This document shows, in pieces, positions 1 to 9,478 of a DNA stretch of 32,000 nucleotides. Source of the stretch: Acaryochloris thomasi RCC1774 (GTDB lineage Bacteria; Cyanobacteriota; Cyanobacteriia; Thermosynechococcales; Thermosynechococcaceae); assembly GCF_003231495.1 (NCBI RefSeq), contig NZ_PQWO01000003.1, positions 1-32,000 on the forward strand. Reading direction: 5' to 3'. Numbering within the stretch: position 1 is the first letter of the stretch; each line of letters opens with the position of its first letter. Below the pieces are notes generated by a model that worked only from the letters and a program-made list of their open reading frames with translations, searched no databases and was not told the DNA's origin. A program made the translations under genes and the position numbers.

Positions 1-735
1 AATTACTGTAAAACAGCAACTCCTTAGTTCATTTGAACGAGGTTTATATGTGCTATTATGGCTTTCAAACTATTAACTTATCTAGGTTCAGAGCGCTTCC
101 GAAAAACGTGTCTCTCTCGAGCGCTTTACTAATATAGCGACCCTCTTTTGCAGAGTCAAGCGCTTTTTGAGAGAAAGTTTGATCTTTTTTTGGGTAGCAC
201 TCTGAAGTCTTTTGAGAGCAAGGGATTTCAGGGAAAATATTTTTTCAAATTCTTTGTTTTTTCGTCGAAACGGATGCTGTATCGATGGGATGTGGACCCC
301 AATTGTGGTGAATGTGGGGTAGATGCGTTGAGAGGAAGGGTGCGATCTCACTGCGGTCGTCTGGGCAAGTTTGATATGGATGAAAGGGGAAATTGGTTGA
401 ATCGTCCATTAGACTTCTTGCGTTGATCATCATTTCTAGACAATTGACGTTCGTTGTTTAGCAGTGCTGTTGAAATTCCTCACTCTATTGCACTGGCCCG
501 TCCGGCCTCCCAATTCTGGGGGGAGAGCACTGCAAGTTTCGTTGGTGTTGCCTCAAGGGTGACAATTGTTCACTGAGTTAAAGCTGACAAGTGGATGCAT
601 TCGCGATGCGATGTTTTTTGCACTTACCAGTCGGCGCTGTAATTTTTGCTGGATATCTTTGAGTTTGCGATCGCTTCCCCATCGTCGCCCAGCCAACCCT
701 CTAAACGCTCTGCTCGCTGTGCTTCAGAACACTCA

Positions 736-1263
736 TCAGCTCTTGCCTAGACTTTGACGACGACGCAGATACCGTTCGTGAGCCTTATTGTATTGCTCGG
801 CTTTCTTGTAGACTCTGATACTCAGGTATACGCCGAACACCATAAACAACACACCGAACAGCGGAAAGAGGCTAAAGCAGATCGTAAAAAATGCACCAAT
901 GCCGCTGAATTTTATTGAAGATGCAACCGCCGCCGCTAAGGATGCAGACCATATCGTCCAGAGGGTGCCACCAATGACAACGAGGATGCCCCCCAGCACG
1001 CTGCCACCTTTAGTGGGTATGAAGCTATACCATCCACCGAATCTACTTGACCGCGAAATCATGTATTTCTTGCGTTCTAGTTCCCATCCGCGATCGAGTT
1101 TTGCAAGTGCGTCGTGGGCCTTGATCTCTTCAAAATAATCGGCCAGGCCGCCGTCCTGTGGTTCATCAAGGACTCTGCGTTTAGCCATCTCGAATTCTTC
1201 CGGCGAAAGGGTACCGTTGCGGCGAAGCTCGTCCAGTTTCTGGAGTTCATCGGAGATTGTCAT
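736..1263 (-). CDS. SHOCT-domain membrane protein (paralog A)
   Basis: 175-aa ORF. The N-terminal ISDELQKLDELRRNGTLSPEEFEMAKRRVL matches the SHOCT motif. Two hydrophobic segments follow (GGILVVIGGTLWTIW, FFTICFSLFPLFGVLFMVFGVYL). A tandem paralog lies at 1353-1832. Confidence 0.75.
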   Translation of the reverse strand: MTISDELQKLDELRRNGTLSPEEFEMAKRRVLDEPQDGGLADYFEEIKAHDALAKLDRGWELERKKYMISRSSRFGGWYSFIPTKGGSVLGGILVVIGGTLWTIWSASLAAAVASSIKFSGIGAFFTICFSLFPLFGVLFMVFGVYLSIRVYKKAEQYNKAHERYLRRRQSLGKS

Positions 1264-1274
1264 TGGTTTGATCT
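1152..1274. repeat. 123-nt near-identical segment shared by the two SHOCT paralogs (copy A)
   Basis: Aligned by eye with 1721-1843, it shows 4 mismatches in 123 nt. It covers about 37 codons plus 11 nt of 5' leader. Confidence 0.85.
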
Positions 1275-1352
1275 GCGAGTGTGGGGTACAAGCGAATACG
1301 GGGCGTTATGCTGGTCCAGCCTATCTGCGGGCTATGCGGCGCTTAGCGATGC

Positions 1353-1832
1353 CTATGGTTGGCGATTCTTGCTTAGACTTTGACGGCGATGCAGATACCG
1401 CTCATGCGCCTTCTTGTATTGACCAGCCTTCACAAAGGATCGAATACTCACACCTATGCCAGCTACTGTAAAAAATACACCGAATAACGGAAAGAGACTT
1501 AAAAAGCTGCCACTCGCCATAGATGCAGCCATCATTGTCCATAAGATGCCAAAAACGACAATGATGATGCCCCCAAATACGCTGCCAGATTTACTGGGTA
1601 TATGCCGACGTCCATACCGCGTCGAAATCATGTAATTCTCGCGTTCTAGTTGCCATTCACGATCGAGCTGTGCAAGTTCGGTGTAGGTCTTGATCTCCTC
1701 AAAACGGTCGGTCAGAACGTCGTCCTGTGGTCCTTCAAGGACTCTGCGTTTAGCTATCTCGAATTCTTCCGGCGAAAGGGTACCGTTGCGGCGAAGCTCG
1801 TCCAGTTTCTGGAGTTCATCAGAGATTGTCAT
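1353..1832 (-). CDS. SHOCT-domain membrane protein (paralog B)
   Basis: The ORF track gives 197 aa starting at 1946. Residues 39 onward (MTISDELQKLDELRRNGTLSPEEFEIAKRRVL) align with residue 1 of paralog A. The DNA around ATG 1830-1832 (cattggtttgatct) is identical to that at 1261-1274. I therefore place the start at 1832 (160 aa). The longer 5' extension would overlap the VWA gene. Confidence 0.7.
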   Translation of the reverse strand: MTISDELQKLDELRRNGTLSPEEFEIAKRRVLEGPQDDVLTDRFEEIKTYTELAQLDREWQLERENYMISTRYGRRHIPSKSGSVFGGIIIVVFGILWTMMAASMASGSFLSLFPLFGVFFTVAGIGVSIRSFVKAGQYKKAHERYLHRRQSLSKNRQP

Positions 1833-1843
1833 TGGTTTGATCT
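1721..1843. repeat. 123-nt near-identical segment shared by the two SHOCT paralogs (copy B)
   Basis: Partner of 1152-1274. Its leader part lies within the 3' end of the VWA gene. Confidence 0.85.
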
Positions 1844-3111
1844 TCAAGTTTGCGATCGCGTTCTTCTCTTGCCCCCTCCAGCTTTCGATCTCGCTCTTCT
1901 TTGCCCTTGTCAAGCTCTCGATCTCGCTTTCCCTTAGACTCATCAAGAATGCGATCGCGTTCTTCTTTAGCTGGCTTTAGTATCCCGTCTCGTTTCTGCC
2001 TAGCTGCATTTAGAATGGCATCGCGAGTCTCTGATGTGATTTCATCCTCCCTGCTTTGTCTATAAACCTCGGTAGATATTTTTCTATACTCTTTGTATGC
2101 TTTCTGAGAAAGACAACGGTAGCGACCATATTGAGCTTGAGAGGTTTCTCTATAAGCACCATACTGCTCTTGAGAGATACAACGGTACTTGCTGTAAGCT
2201 TCTTGAGAAGTTTGCCTAAAGATACGGTATAAGTCATTGCGGTTAGCGGCCTGCAGGTACTCTCCGCCACCTGCATTAGCAACCTCACGCAGTTGTGCAG
2301 CCGCTTTGGCATCGACATCAAAGCCAATCACGTTCACAATCGTCTTCACATCAGACTGATTCAACGCTCTAGCTGCAGTCACCGGATCACCATCACAGGT
2401 CTCAATGCCATCTGAAATCAGATAGACAACATTCTCATTTGTCTTCGGGTCATAGGACTCAAAATCACTTGCGGCTTGCTTCAACGAACCCGCAATGGGT
2501 GTCCAGCCAGTTGGCTGAAATGATTCAATCGCAGATGCAAACTTCTCTTTGTTGAGGGACTGGAAGTTATACAGGAGCTCTGTCCCTGCACAAGACCTTG
2601 CTTTATCTGCGCCGCTATTTGAGCCAATATGTCCATACACGCGCAGCGCCACCCTAGATTGAGACGGTAAACCACCCACAAACTCGGTCAGCGTTTCTTT
2701 GGCAACCTTGAGCTTTTGTTCACCGCCCACTGAACCCGCCATTGAGCCAGAGGCATCAAGCATGAGCTGTACATTGAGGTTTTCTCTGGGTGCTTCGCCA
2801 CCCGTTACGCCATCAGCACTACAGGAGTTGGCCTGCGCTTGAATGCTCGGACCACAGCTTTCGTAATCTTCGTCATACTCTTGCAGCAGTTGAGCATAGA
2901 GGCTTTGAGCATCTGAATTCATGGCAATGTCGGCTGACTCATTAGTGTCTATCTCCTCACGAGTTTCTGGCTCCTCACGCCGACCAGAACTCTTTTGACT
3001 GCTACTTTTTTCATCACTGAGAAGGTTACAGCCCGTTAGCAGGCCGAGGAGAACTGTCCCAAACAATAGGAAGGCTGTGGGCTTAGGAAGATTTTGAGAA
3101 ATAAGCCGCAT
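1819..3111 (-). CDS. von Willebrand factor A (VWA) domain lipoprotein with C-terminal 11-residue repeats
   Basis: 430 aa with a signal peptide and lipobox LLTGC (Cys28). MIDAS-type motif LMLDASGSM, plus the VWA-typical VYLISDGIET and VNVIGFD. The C-terminus carries two blocks of 11-aa repeats. The stop codon at 1819-1821 lies 14 nt inside the next gene. Confidence 0.8.
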   Translation of the reverse strand: MRLISQNLPKPTAFLLFGTVLLGLLTGCNLLSDEKSSSQKSSGRREEPETREEIDTNESADIAMNSDAQSLYAQLLQEYDEDYESCGPSIQAQANSCSADGVTGGEAPRENLNVQLMLDASGSMAGSVGGEQKLKVAKETLTEFVGGLPSQSRVALRVYGHIGSNSGADKARSCAGTELLYNFQSLNKEKFASAIESFQPTGWTPIAGSLKQAASDFESYDPKTNENVVYLISDGIETCDGDPVTAARALNQSDVKTIVNVIGFDVDAKAAAQLREVANAGGGEYLQAANRNDLYRIFRQTSQEAYSKYRCISQEQYGAYRETSQAQYGRYRCLSQKAYKEYRKISTEVYRQSREDEITSETRDAILNAARQKRDGILKPAKEERDRILDESKGKRDRELDKGKEERDRKLEGAREERDRKLEDQTNDNL

Positions 3112-3187
3112 ATTAATCCAACCAATGTATTGTCAAAGTTCCGTCTAGAGAAACCATACCGAGTCAAGCTCTGTAGAGTAGAAACGA

Positions 3188-4270
3188 CTAGCGAATTCCG
3201 AGGTGACTGAGAATGCCTTCTGCGATCGCATCTGCCATCTGCTTGCGAAAAGCAGGCTGCCGGAGTCTTGGTGAATCTAAGCTACCCGTAACAAAGCCTA
3301 CTTCTACTAATGACGCTGGCATAGAACTTTTACGAAGGACATAGAAGCGGGCCTGCCGTACGCCACGGTCTCCGATGCGAATACGGCGATGGATACTGCT
3401 GTGAATTGACTGGGCAAGGCTTCTGCCGGTTTGGTAATAAAAGGTTTCGACGCCGTTGACGTCAGGACGACTGAGGCTAATAGCGTTAGCGTGAATGCTG
3501 ACGAAGACCTTGCCTCGGGCGCGTTCGGCAATGCTCACTCGCCCCTGCAAACTTACGTACTGGTCTGTGCTGCGTGTCATTATGACGTTCACGCCTTTTG
3601 AACGTAGGATACGTTCGACTTCTTGAGAGATTGGCAACACAACCTGAACCTCTTTTAAGCCGCCGATACCAATAGCGCCAGGATCTCGTCCACCATGGCC
3701 TGGATCAATAACAACCGTCGGCCTTTGACTTGAGGAGCGCCACGGAGAGGGAGGGAGAGATGATGACGGGGAGGAAGGCGCTGAGGGCGTAGAGGCCAAG
3801 CTAGAGTTTCTGGGTGGTGACACAACAAGAGGAATGGGACGCCGTCGCACGGCCAGAGCGCGACGATCTTGAAAAGAGTATCGCTTCGGTTTCGGAAGCT
3901 TGATCAGCCAACGATTAGGAGCAACTCCTTCGATGCGAACCGATCGCGGCGAAACGCGATATTTTTTACCCAACTCAATTACAATTCGGGTCGTGTACTG
4001 ATCGAATTGCCCAGCACGCAAGCTTTGGAAACGTTTTCTGAGCTCTTTTTCACTATTGGCTTGGCCGAGCTGAGTATTGGGTAAATCAATTACCACCCGA
4101 GTTGGATCGGGTACAAGGTACGCTCGGGGAGAGACGTCTGTTTCAGTGACAATTTCGAGCTGCCGTTCGTCTTGGTCAAACTGCCACTTGAGGAGTCTGC
4201 CACCAGCATGGGCAGGGAGAGCCGCAAGCAAAAGGCCCAATAGACTGGGAATGAACCAATAAGATCGCAC
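3188..4270 (-). CDS. amiC: N-acetylmuramoyl-L-alanine amidase with N-terminal AMIN domain (AmiC type)
   Basis: 360 aa, GTG start, signal peptide. AMIN-like N-terminus (LEIVTETDV...PTRVVIDLPNTQL), then a Pro/Ser linker. Amidase_3 motifs VVIDPGHGGRDPGAIG and VFVSIHANA. Confidence 0.88.
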   Translation of the reverse strand: MRSYWFIPSLLGLLLAALPAHAGGRLLKWQFDQDERQLEIVTETDVSPRAYLVPDPTRVVIDLPNTQLGQANSEKELRKRFQSLRAGQFDQYTTRIVIELGKKYRVSPRSVRIEGVAPNRWLIKLPKPKRYSFQDRRALAVRRRPIPLVVSPPRNSSLASTPSAPSSPSSSLPPSPWRSSSQRPTVVIDPGHGGRDPGAIGIGGLKEVQVVLPISQEVERILRSKGVNVIMTRSTDQYVSLQGRVSIAERARGKVFVSIHANAISLSRPDVNGVETFYYQTGRSLAQSIHSSIHRRIRIGDRGVRQARFYVLRKSSMPASLVEVGFVTGSLDSPRLRQPAFRKQMADAIAEGILSHLGIR

Positions 4271-4490
4271 AGGCTAGTCTCAAAACAGTAGGTTCAGGCA
4301 AGGAGACGCAGAGAGAAGTCTGCATGTTTCTGAGCCCCCTGAGAATTCCTCAAGGAAAGCTTAGCAGTCTAAGGGGAATTCGTTGAAGAATATTTGACAC
4401 ACATCTGCTATTAAGTCTTGCCCTCTAGAAGCACGCTAATCTGGATCAAATAAGCGCTCTGAGAGCGTACAAGATCGATAACCGCAGCGG

Positions 4491-7103
4491 ATGAGTGTAA
4501 TGTCTAACTTCTTTATAGATGAACCTAAAAAGCATAAGTCTTTTGAACTGGCGGGCGCGCGTCCCCACTACAACCCCGATCGCCCAGGTCAAGTCGAACA
4601 TATCTTTTTGGATCTTGCGTTAGATATTGATCAAAAGATCTGTGAGGGAACATGCCAAATTCGTTTGAATCCGGTTCGTAGCGGAATTACACAACTGGCG
4701 CTGGATGCGGTCAATCTCAATATCCAAGATGTACGCATCGGGAGGGCTAAGCAACCCTTTGATTACGACGATGAGCGTTTGGTGATTCATCTGAAGCAGG
4801 AGACAAAGGTGGGAAAGGCGATTACGGTTGCGATCGCATATTCTGTAAACCAGCCTCAGCGAGGTCTCTACTTTGTGGGACCGGAGCCCAACTATCCCGA
4901 CAAACCGACACAGGTCTGGACCCAAGGAGAAGATGAAGACTCACGTTTTTGGTTCCCCTGCTTTGACTACCCAGGGCAACTTGCGACCTCTGAGATTCGG
5001 GTGCGGGTACCGAAGGAATTCCTAGCGGTCTCTAACGGTGAGCTGGTGGAAACCAGCCTGGAAGAGAATCAGATGATCTACCACTGGCTGCAGAAGGAGA
5101 TTCATCCGACTTATCTGATGACGCTAGCGGTGGGAGAGTTTGCCGAGATTCGGGATGAATGGCAGGGCAAGCCGGTCCTTTACTACGTCGAGAAGGGCCT
5201 AGAGGACAGTGCCCGTTTGAGTATGGGTAAAACGCCTCAGATGATGGCATTTTTATCGGAAAAGTACGGGGTGCTCTATCCTTACCCCAAATATGCTCAG
5301 GTCTGTGTTGCTGACTTTATCTTTGGTGGGATGGAGAATACTTCGACGACGCTACTGGGCGATCGCTATCTATTAGATGAAAGAGCCGCCATCGACAATC
5401 GCTGGACAGAAAGTTTAGTCGTTCATGAGCTAGCCCACCAATGGTTTGGCGATCTGGTCGTGATCAAGCACTGGTCTCACGCCTGGATTAAGGAGGGAAT
5501 GGCTTCCTACTCAGAAGTGATGTGGACAGAGAAAGAGTACGGAGTGGATGATGCAGCTTACTACCGCCTCAATGAAGCGCGTAACTACTTCAATGAAGAT
5601 AGCAATCGCTACCGGCGGCCTGTCGTCACGAATATATATAGAGCGGCGATTGAACTCTACGATCGGCACATCTATGAGAAGGGGGCCTGCATCTACCACA
5701 TGCTGAGGGCTGAGCTAGGGGAAGATCTCTTCTGGAAAGCCATTCACACTTTTGTTCAGGACAATGCCCACAGTACGGTGGAAACTATCGATCTGTTGCG
5801 GGCCATTGATAAAGCGACGGGGCGGAACTTGGCGTTTCTTTTCGATCAGTATGTGTTCCGAGGGGGTTATCCAGACTATAAGGTTAGCTATAGCTGGGAT
5901 ACGGATAGTAACCTTGCGAAGGTGACGGTAAAGCAAACACAGGCAGATCCGAAAAAGCCGAAACACCAAGAACTCTTTGATCTCAAAATTCCGATTGCGT
6001 TCGGCTGGGTGAAAACTGCTGGGAAGAAGCCGCCTCAAGTGGAGCAGCAAACGTTTACGGTGCGGGTTCACGAAGCGGAGCAGAGTTTTTACTTGGTACT
6101 GCCCTCTAAACCTGACTTTGTCAGCTTCGATGCTGGGAATCATATTTTGAAGCAGGTGATGCTTGAGTATCCGGTACCAGAGTTGAAGACCCAACTGCAG
6201 CACGATCCCGATCCGCTATCTCGAATCAATGCAGCAGCAGCGTTAGTAAAGAAAGGTGGATTAGAGGCTGCTCAGGCCTTAGGAGAGGCACTGAAGAAAG
6301 ATACGTTTTGGGGTGTTCGCATTGAAGTGGCTCAACAGTTATCAAAGCTGCAGTTAGATCAAGCTCTGGATCTTTTGAAGGCAGGGTTGAAGGATGAGGA
6401 TGCACGGGTAAGAAGAGCGGTGGTAGATGCGATCGCAACTCTAAAACACGGCAACAGTTACAAACTTCTCAAACCCATCGCCGAGAAAGGCGACCCCAGC
6501 TATCTTGTCGAAGCCGCAGCCATTCGCGGTATTGGCACCTTAGCTGGTTCGGGCTTAGCAAACAAACCCAAGGAAGATAAAGTCATCAAACTCTTCAAGT
6601 CAGTGCTTAAAAAACGAGCGGGCTGGAACGAAGTCATCCGCTCTGGAGCCATTTCAGGTCTGAGTCAGATGAAGACCTCAACTGATGCCCTTGATTTGGT
6701 CTTAGAGCAGACGGTTTCTGGTACTCCGCAACCACTCCGTCTCGCCTCGATTCGAGCACTGGGAGCGATTTCAGCCGGACAATCACCCACAGATCTACAG
6801 CGGATTTTGGATAGTCTAAAAGCGATTTCAGGCGAATCTTTTTTCTTGACGCAAGTAGCCGTCGTCTCATCACTCGGACAAATGGAAACGCCAAAGGCCA
6901 TCGGCATTCTGCGAGGTCTTGCGAACCAAACCTCAGATAATCGAGTGGAGCGAATGGCAGAAGAGGCGATCAAAAAAGTACAGAAAAAAGTAGGCTCCGG
7001 TCAGGCCATTCAGTCTGTTCAGGAGGAGCTAGAGCAGCTCAAGAAAGATAACCAAACGCTCAAAAGCCGATTGGAGGAACTGGAGGCGAAGGCCAAGAAA
7101 TAA
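4491..7103 (+). CDS. pepN: M1-family aminopeptidase N with C-terminal HEAT (PBS-lyase-like) repeats
   Basis: 870 aa. Exopeptidase motif GGMEN and zinc motif HELAHQWFGD...WIKEG. C-terminal HEAT-like repeats (DPLSRINAAAAL, WGVRIEVAQQL, DARVRRAVVDAI) and a terminal coiled-coil. The start could instead be the ATG 3 codons downstream. Confidence 0.9.
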   Translation: MSVMSNFFIDEPKKHKSFELAGARPHYNPDRPGQVEHIFLDLALDIDQKICEGTCQIRLNPVRSGITQLALDAVNLNIQDVRIGRAKQPFDYDDERLVIHLKQETKVGKAITVAIAYSVNQPQRGLYFVGPEPNYPDKPTQVWTQGEDEDSRFWFPCFDYPGQLATSEIRVRVPKEFLAVSNGELVETSLEENQMIYHWLQKEIHPTYLMTLAVGEFAEIRDEWQGKPVLYYVEKGLEDSARLSMGKTPQMMAFLSEKYGVLYPYPKYAQVCVADFIFGGMENTSTTLLGDRYLLDERAAIDNRWTESLVVHELAHQWFGDLVVIKHWSHAWIKEGMASYSEVMWTEKEYGVDDAAYYRLNEARNYFNEDSNRYRRPVVTNIYRAAIELYDRHIYEKGACIYHMLRAELGEDLFWKAIHTFVQDNAHSTVETIDLLRAIDKATGRNLAFLFDQYVFRGGYPDYKVSYSWDTDSNLAKVTVKQTQADPKKPKHQELFDLKIPIAFGWVKTAGKKPPQVEQQTFTVRVHEAEQSFYLVLPSKPDFVSFDAGNHILKQVMLEYPVPELKTQLQHDPDPLSRINAAAALVKKGGLEAAQALGEALKKDTFWGVRIEVAQQLSKLQLDQALDLLKAGLKDEDARVRRAVVDAIATLKHGNSYKLLKPIAEKGDPSYLVEAAAIRGIGTLAGSGLANKPKEDKVIKLFKSVLKKRAGWNEVIRSGAISGLSQMKTSTDALDLVLEQTVSGTPQPLRLASIRALGAISAGQSPTDLQRILDSLKAISGESFFLTQVAVVSSLGQMETPKAIGILRGLANQTSDNRVERMAEEAIKKVQKKVGSGQAIQSVQEELEQLKKDNQTLKSRLEELEAKAKK

Positions 7104-7219
7104 TGTCACGGGTTGTGGAAGTGAGGTTTAGCTAGCGATAGCTCAAATCACGGCCTATACACAAAGACAAATTAAGCACGTTAGGGTGGAACTACAGCTT
7201 AAGGTGGAGGTCCATCCCT

Positions 7220-7948
7220 TTGTCTCCTAACGATCAGTCCCACCCCATCATTTACTTAGAAGAAATCACCAAGGTTTATGGTTCTGGTGAAACGACAGTT
7301 AATGCTCTAGGTGGGGTGGATTTAAAGATTTTACCCAGCGAGTACTGCTCAATTATGGGGGCTTCCGGTTCTGGGAAGTCCACCATGATGAATGTGATCG
7401 GCTGTCTGGATCGTCCCTCTGCAGGCCGATACGAGTTAGATGGTGTAGACGTTGCGCAGCTTGACGATGATGCGTTAGCCCTAATCCGCAACCGTAAAAT
7501 TGGTTTTGTCTTCCAGCAGTTTCACTTACTGAGTCAGGTCAGCGCCCTCGACAATGTGATGTTGCCGATGGTCTACGCCAATGTGCCGATACAAGAACGC
7601 AAGGAACGCGCCGCCCATGCGCTCAAGCAGGTGGGGCTAGAAGACAGAATGAATAATCGGCCCAATCAGCTTTCGGGGGGACAGCAGCAGAGAGTTGCGA
7701 TCGCACGTGCAATCGTCAACAATCCGGTCCTATTGCTAGCGGACGAACCCACTGGCGCACTAGATACCAAAACCACCCAAGAAATCCTGGGCATTTTTAC
7801 AGGCTTGAATGACAGCGGCATGACCGTCGTAATGGTCACTCACGAACCCGAAGTAGCCCAAAGCACCCAAAGAGTCGTTTGGTTCCGAGACGGCAAAGTC
7901 ATTCACAGCAACATGCGTCCCGAAGACCTACATCAAACCGCTTTTTGA
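7220..7948 (+). CDS. ABC transporter ATP-binding protein (MacB/LolD-like), no adjacent permease
   Basis: 242 aa. Walker [10 protein letters not shown], signature [14 protein letters not shown], Walker [16 protein letters not shown] start at 7220, preceded by the SD-like aaggtggagg (7201-7210). Confidence 0.88.
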   Translation: MSPNDQSHPIIYLEEITKVYGSGETTVNALGGVDLKILPSEYCSIMGASGSGKSTMMNVIGCLDRPSAGRYELDGVDVAQLDDDALALIRNRKIGFVFQQFHLLSQVSALDNVMLPMVYANVPIQERKERAAHALKQVGLEDRMNNRPNQLSGGQQQRVAIARAIVNNPVLLLADEPTGALDTKTTQEILGIFTGLNDSGMTVVMVTHEPEVAQSTQRVVWFRDGKVIHSNMRPEDLHQTAF

Positions 7949-8049
7949 GCATCAAGAACACCAGACTGGAATAGCCACGCAGGCCAGAGAGCAGGCACAA
8001 TAGCAAAGGAACAGCCGACGTAAAACTTCAAGCAGGATTCCATTGCTCG

Positions 8050-9477
8050 ATGACCACTGCCAACCCCTTTCTCAATCTTGACTATGAACCGGCATTAGAA
8101 TCTCTAGGAGATGACTATTTTGATCGAGTTGCGGCAGCAGAGTTCCCGCAGCACACTCTACGATTTCGTAACGATGACGTTCTGCAGCAGCTCGGACTCG
8201 ACCCTCAGCAGATCAGCGAGACCGACTTCATAGAAGCCTTTGGTCAGTTTCAAGCACGAGAACCCTTTCTAGCCCTCCGCTACCACGGCTACCAGTTCGG
8301 TGAATACAACCCCTGGCTCGGAGACGGGCGCGGGTTTCTTTACGGGCAGATTCGCGGTACCGATGGCGAACTCTATGATTTTGGCACCAAAGGTTCAGGA
8401 ACGACGCCTTACTCTAGAACAGCCGATGGCCGCCTAACCCTTAAAGGGGGCATTCGGGAAATTCTAGCGTCTGAGGCCCTGCACCATCTGGGGGTAAAAA
8501 CCTCCCGCTGCTTCAGTCTGATTGAAACGGGAGAAAAGCTATGGCGAGGCGACGAACCCTCCCCAACGCGATCAAGTGTGATGGTGCGGTTCAGCAAATC
8601 TCATATTCGATTTGGCACCTTTGAGCGTCTCTACGCCATTAAACGTCCCGACTTGATCCAAAAGCTGCTTGATCACGTCATCGAGATCTATTACCCACAC
8701 TTCGATAACCTAACCGATAAATATCTGCAGTTCTACACAGAACTTGTTCAGCGGACGGCTGAGCTGGCAGCCCAGTGGATGTCAGTCGGTTTTTGCCATG
8801 CGGTCCTGAACACCGACAATATGTCCATTACTGGCGAAAGTTTCGACTATGGCCCCTATGCATTCATTGAAACCCTAGACCTGAACTTCACACCAGCCTA
8901 CTTCGACTACTTTCGTCGCTACCGCTACAGCAACCAACCGTCCATGTGTAAGTGGAATCTAGAGATGCTGCAGCGCCCGCTCTCGACGGTCCTGTCCCAA
9001 ACAGAGATGGCTGTTAGTCTTGATACCTTTGACAAAACCTATCACGGCACCTACCGGCGACGAATGCTGCAAAAGCTTGGACTCGATGACAAACGTTGCG
9101 ATAGCTTCGATGCCCACGCAACCGACCAACTGCTCACGCTTACCCTAGATTTTCTCCAAAAAACACAGATTGGCTATCACACTTTTTTTGCTGAACTACG
9201 GCATCAGTTCAGCAGCCTGTGGTGTACTGATGCAGGCCATATTCTCAGGGAGTCTTCTTTGATAGCTGAATACTCAGCGCAGCTAGAAACCTGGCGACAG
9301 CTCTACAACCAACTTTTACAGAAAGATAAGCCCGAGAGCATACAGCAAAGATTAAAAAGCCATAATCCCTGCACTGTAATCACGCGCCCCACCATCGAAG
9401 CTGTCTGGGATCCTATCGCCATAGAAAATAACTGGCAGCCCTTCTACGAATTACTGGCTAGCCTGAAAAATCCGTAA
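8050..9477 (+). CDS. selO: SelO/YdiU-family protein adenylyltransferase (pseudokinase fold)
   Basis: 475 aa. Family-typical segments [46 protein letters not shown] and [21 protein letters not shown]. Confidence 0.88.
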   Translation: MTTANPFLNLDYEPALESLGDDYFDRVAAAEFPQHTLRFRNDDVLQQLGLDPQQISETDFIEAFGQFQAREPFLALRYHGYQFGEYNPWLGDGRGFLYGQIRGTDGELYDFGTKGSGTTPYSRTADGRLTLKGGIREILASEALHHLGVKTSRCFSLIETGEKLWRGDEPSPTRSSVMVRFSKSHIRFGTFERLYAIKRPDLIQKLLDHVIEIYYPHFDNLTDKYLQFYTELVQRTAELAAQWMSVGFCHAVLNTDNMSITGESFDYGPYAFIETLDLNFTPAYFDYFRRYRYSNQPSMCKWNLEMLQRPLSTVLSQTEMAVSLDTFDKTYHGTYRRRMLQKLGLDDKRCDSFDAHATDQLLTLTLDFLQKTQIGYHTFFAELRHQFSSLWCTDAGHILRESSLIAEYSAQLETWRQLYNQLLQKDKPESIQQRLKSHNPCTVITRPTIEAVWDPIAIENNWQPFYELLASLKNP

Positions 9478-9478
9478 G

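Noticed and set aside
88-433. Three overlapping ORFs (88-351 minus, 148-426 plus, 245-433 minus) lie in the AT-richer 735-nt region at the window start.
   Set aside because: They overlap each other on opposite strands and are low-complexity or basic. They carry no motif I recognise and have no convincing SD. I treat 1-735 as non-coding leader or intergenic DNA. A few short stem-loops there (e.g. around 505-525) are too weak to call an RNA gene.
1833-1946. A 38-codon N-terminal extension of SHOCT paralog B, as given by the ORF track (197 aa).
   Set aside because: Paralog A and the identical leader DNA place the start at ATG 1832. The extension is an alternative-frame reading of the charged-repeat region of the VWA gene.
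5715-6203. A 162-aa minus-strand ORF lies inside pepN. Similar antisense ORFs occur at 4620-4925, 6634-6973, 18091-18519, 14020-14377, 29895-30276 and elsewhere.
   Set aside because: These are shadow ORFs lying entirely within well-supported genes on the opposite strand. They have no recognisable motifs.
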